The notes below the pieces were generated by a model, which did not search any database, was not told the DNA's origin, and saw nothing but the letters and a program-made list of their open reading frames with translations. Made by a program: the position numbers and the translations under genes. Below are positions 37,485-38,340 of a DNA stretch of 38,340 nucleotides, piece after piece; positions within the stretch are counted from its first letter, which is position 1; each line of letters opens with the position of its first letter. Location of the stretch: the sequence record SRR2962707_3408. One strand, written 5' to 3'.

Positions 37485-38340
37485 TTAATCCCTCATTCGC
37501 GCTGGTGAATGCACCATCTTGCCTTGGCTATCGAAGGCATAGAGTTTGTGCGTGGGGAAGTACACCTTGATGTCTTGATCGACTTGATACTCATGCACGC
37601 CAGACAAATGGAGCACTAGATCAAAGTGTGGGTTGTGGACGTGTAAGAAGGTTTCGGAGCCACTGATCTCGGCGAGGTCTACTTTGACGGGCAGTTCTAA
37701 ATCATCGTCAGAGTGTGGGACCAAGCCAATGTGTGAGGCGCGTACACCAAATTGATATTGTCCGGGTGTCAGTTGGCGCAAATCACTGTTGAGTTGGAAA
37801 TGAACCGTTTCATCAAAGGTGACTTCGTTTTCACTGACACGCCCAGGGACGACATTGATCGGTGGTTCGGAGAACATCTCAGCGGTGATAATGTCTTTTG
37901 GCTGATGGTAAACCTCGGCGGTTGGCCCCATTTGGAGCAACTTGCCTTCGTGCATGACCGCGGTGTTACCGCCAAGGGCTAAGGCTTCATTCGGTTCGGT
38001 GGTGGCGTAGACAGCAATGCAATTACGCGCCTTAAACAGCGCTCTGAGTTCTTGGCGCAACTCTTCGCGTAATTTGTAATCAAGGTTAACAAGGGGTTCA
38101 TCAAATAAAATGATTTGTGAGTCTTTGACCAGTGCGCGCGCCATGGCAGTACGTTGTTGTTGACCACCGGAAAGTTGCAGAGGCAAGCGATCTAAGAATT
38201 CGTCAATGCGCAGCATTTCTGCGGTTTCTCGAACCCGTTTGTCGATTTCAGCCTTGTCTATTTTGGCGAGTCGTAGTGGTGACGCTATGTTTTCGTAGAC
38301 AGAGAGGTTTGGGTAATTGATGAATTGCTGATAGACCATG
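37485..38340 (-). CDS. glpS: Glycerol ABC transporter ATP-binding protein, 5' end outside the window
   Basis: MVYQQFINYP Q-loop, LSGGQ, ILFDEP and YATTEP; Walker A would lie beyond the window edge. Confidence 0.85.
   Translation of the reverse strand, partial: MVYQQFINYPNLSVYENIASPLRLAKIDKAEIDKRVRETAEMLRIDEFLDRLPLQLSGGQQQRTAMARALVKDSQIILFDEPLVNLDYKLREELRQELRALFKARNCIAVYATTEPNEALALGGNTAVMHEGKLLQMGPTAEVYHQPKDIITAEMFSEPPINVVPGRVSENEVTFDETVHFQLNSDLRQLTPGQYQFGVRASHIGLVPHSDDDLELPVKVDLAEISGSETFLHVHNPHFDLVLHLSGVHEYQVDQDIKVYFPTHKLYAFDSQGKMVHSPARMRD

Noticed and set aside
1-38340. CRISPR arrays, IS elements, prophage or defence genes, tRNA/rRNA, recognisable riboswitches
   Set aside because: No repeat-spacer periodicity, transposase/integrase motifs or recognisable structured-RNA consensus seen by eye; a covariance-model search would be needed to exclude riboswitches formally.

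Overview
A chromosomal, gene-dense window of moderate GC from a gammaproteobacterium. Gene content and style suggest a marine lineage such as Marinomonas/Oceanospirillales, but this is inference only. It is mostly transport and metabolism: two TauE/SafE exporters, a PheC-like periplasmic cyclohexadienyl dehydratase, an amino-acid-type dCache chemoreceptor, two MFS pumps, two LysR regulators, a Fur-boxed orphan siderophore-binding protein, a DedA/VTT-flavin disulfide reductase fusion, rarD, corA, an SH3b protein, a divergent ATP-grasp ligase / gamma-glutamylcyclotransferase pair, codB, a beta-hydroxyacid dehydrogenase, dppABCDF, yehS, ugd plus a UDP-glucuronate epimerase, an M42 peptidase, a lipoprotein and a GlpSTPQUV-type glycerol ABC operon cut by the window edge. 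I saw no mobile element, CRISPR array, tRNA or rRNA. The best leads are: (1) a long non-coding region with DnaA boxes and paired IHF sites arranged like a DARS/datA replication-control element; (2) the ATP-grasp/GGCT pair as a possible gamma-glutamylation writer/eraser; (3) a dppA leader with GGA hairpins typical of CsrA/RsmA sites; (4) a glycerol ABC importer with one degenerate ATPase site; (5) a siderophore-binding protein with altered ligand residues. All calls come from reading motifs by eye; no database searches were run.
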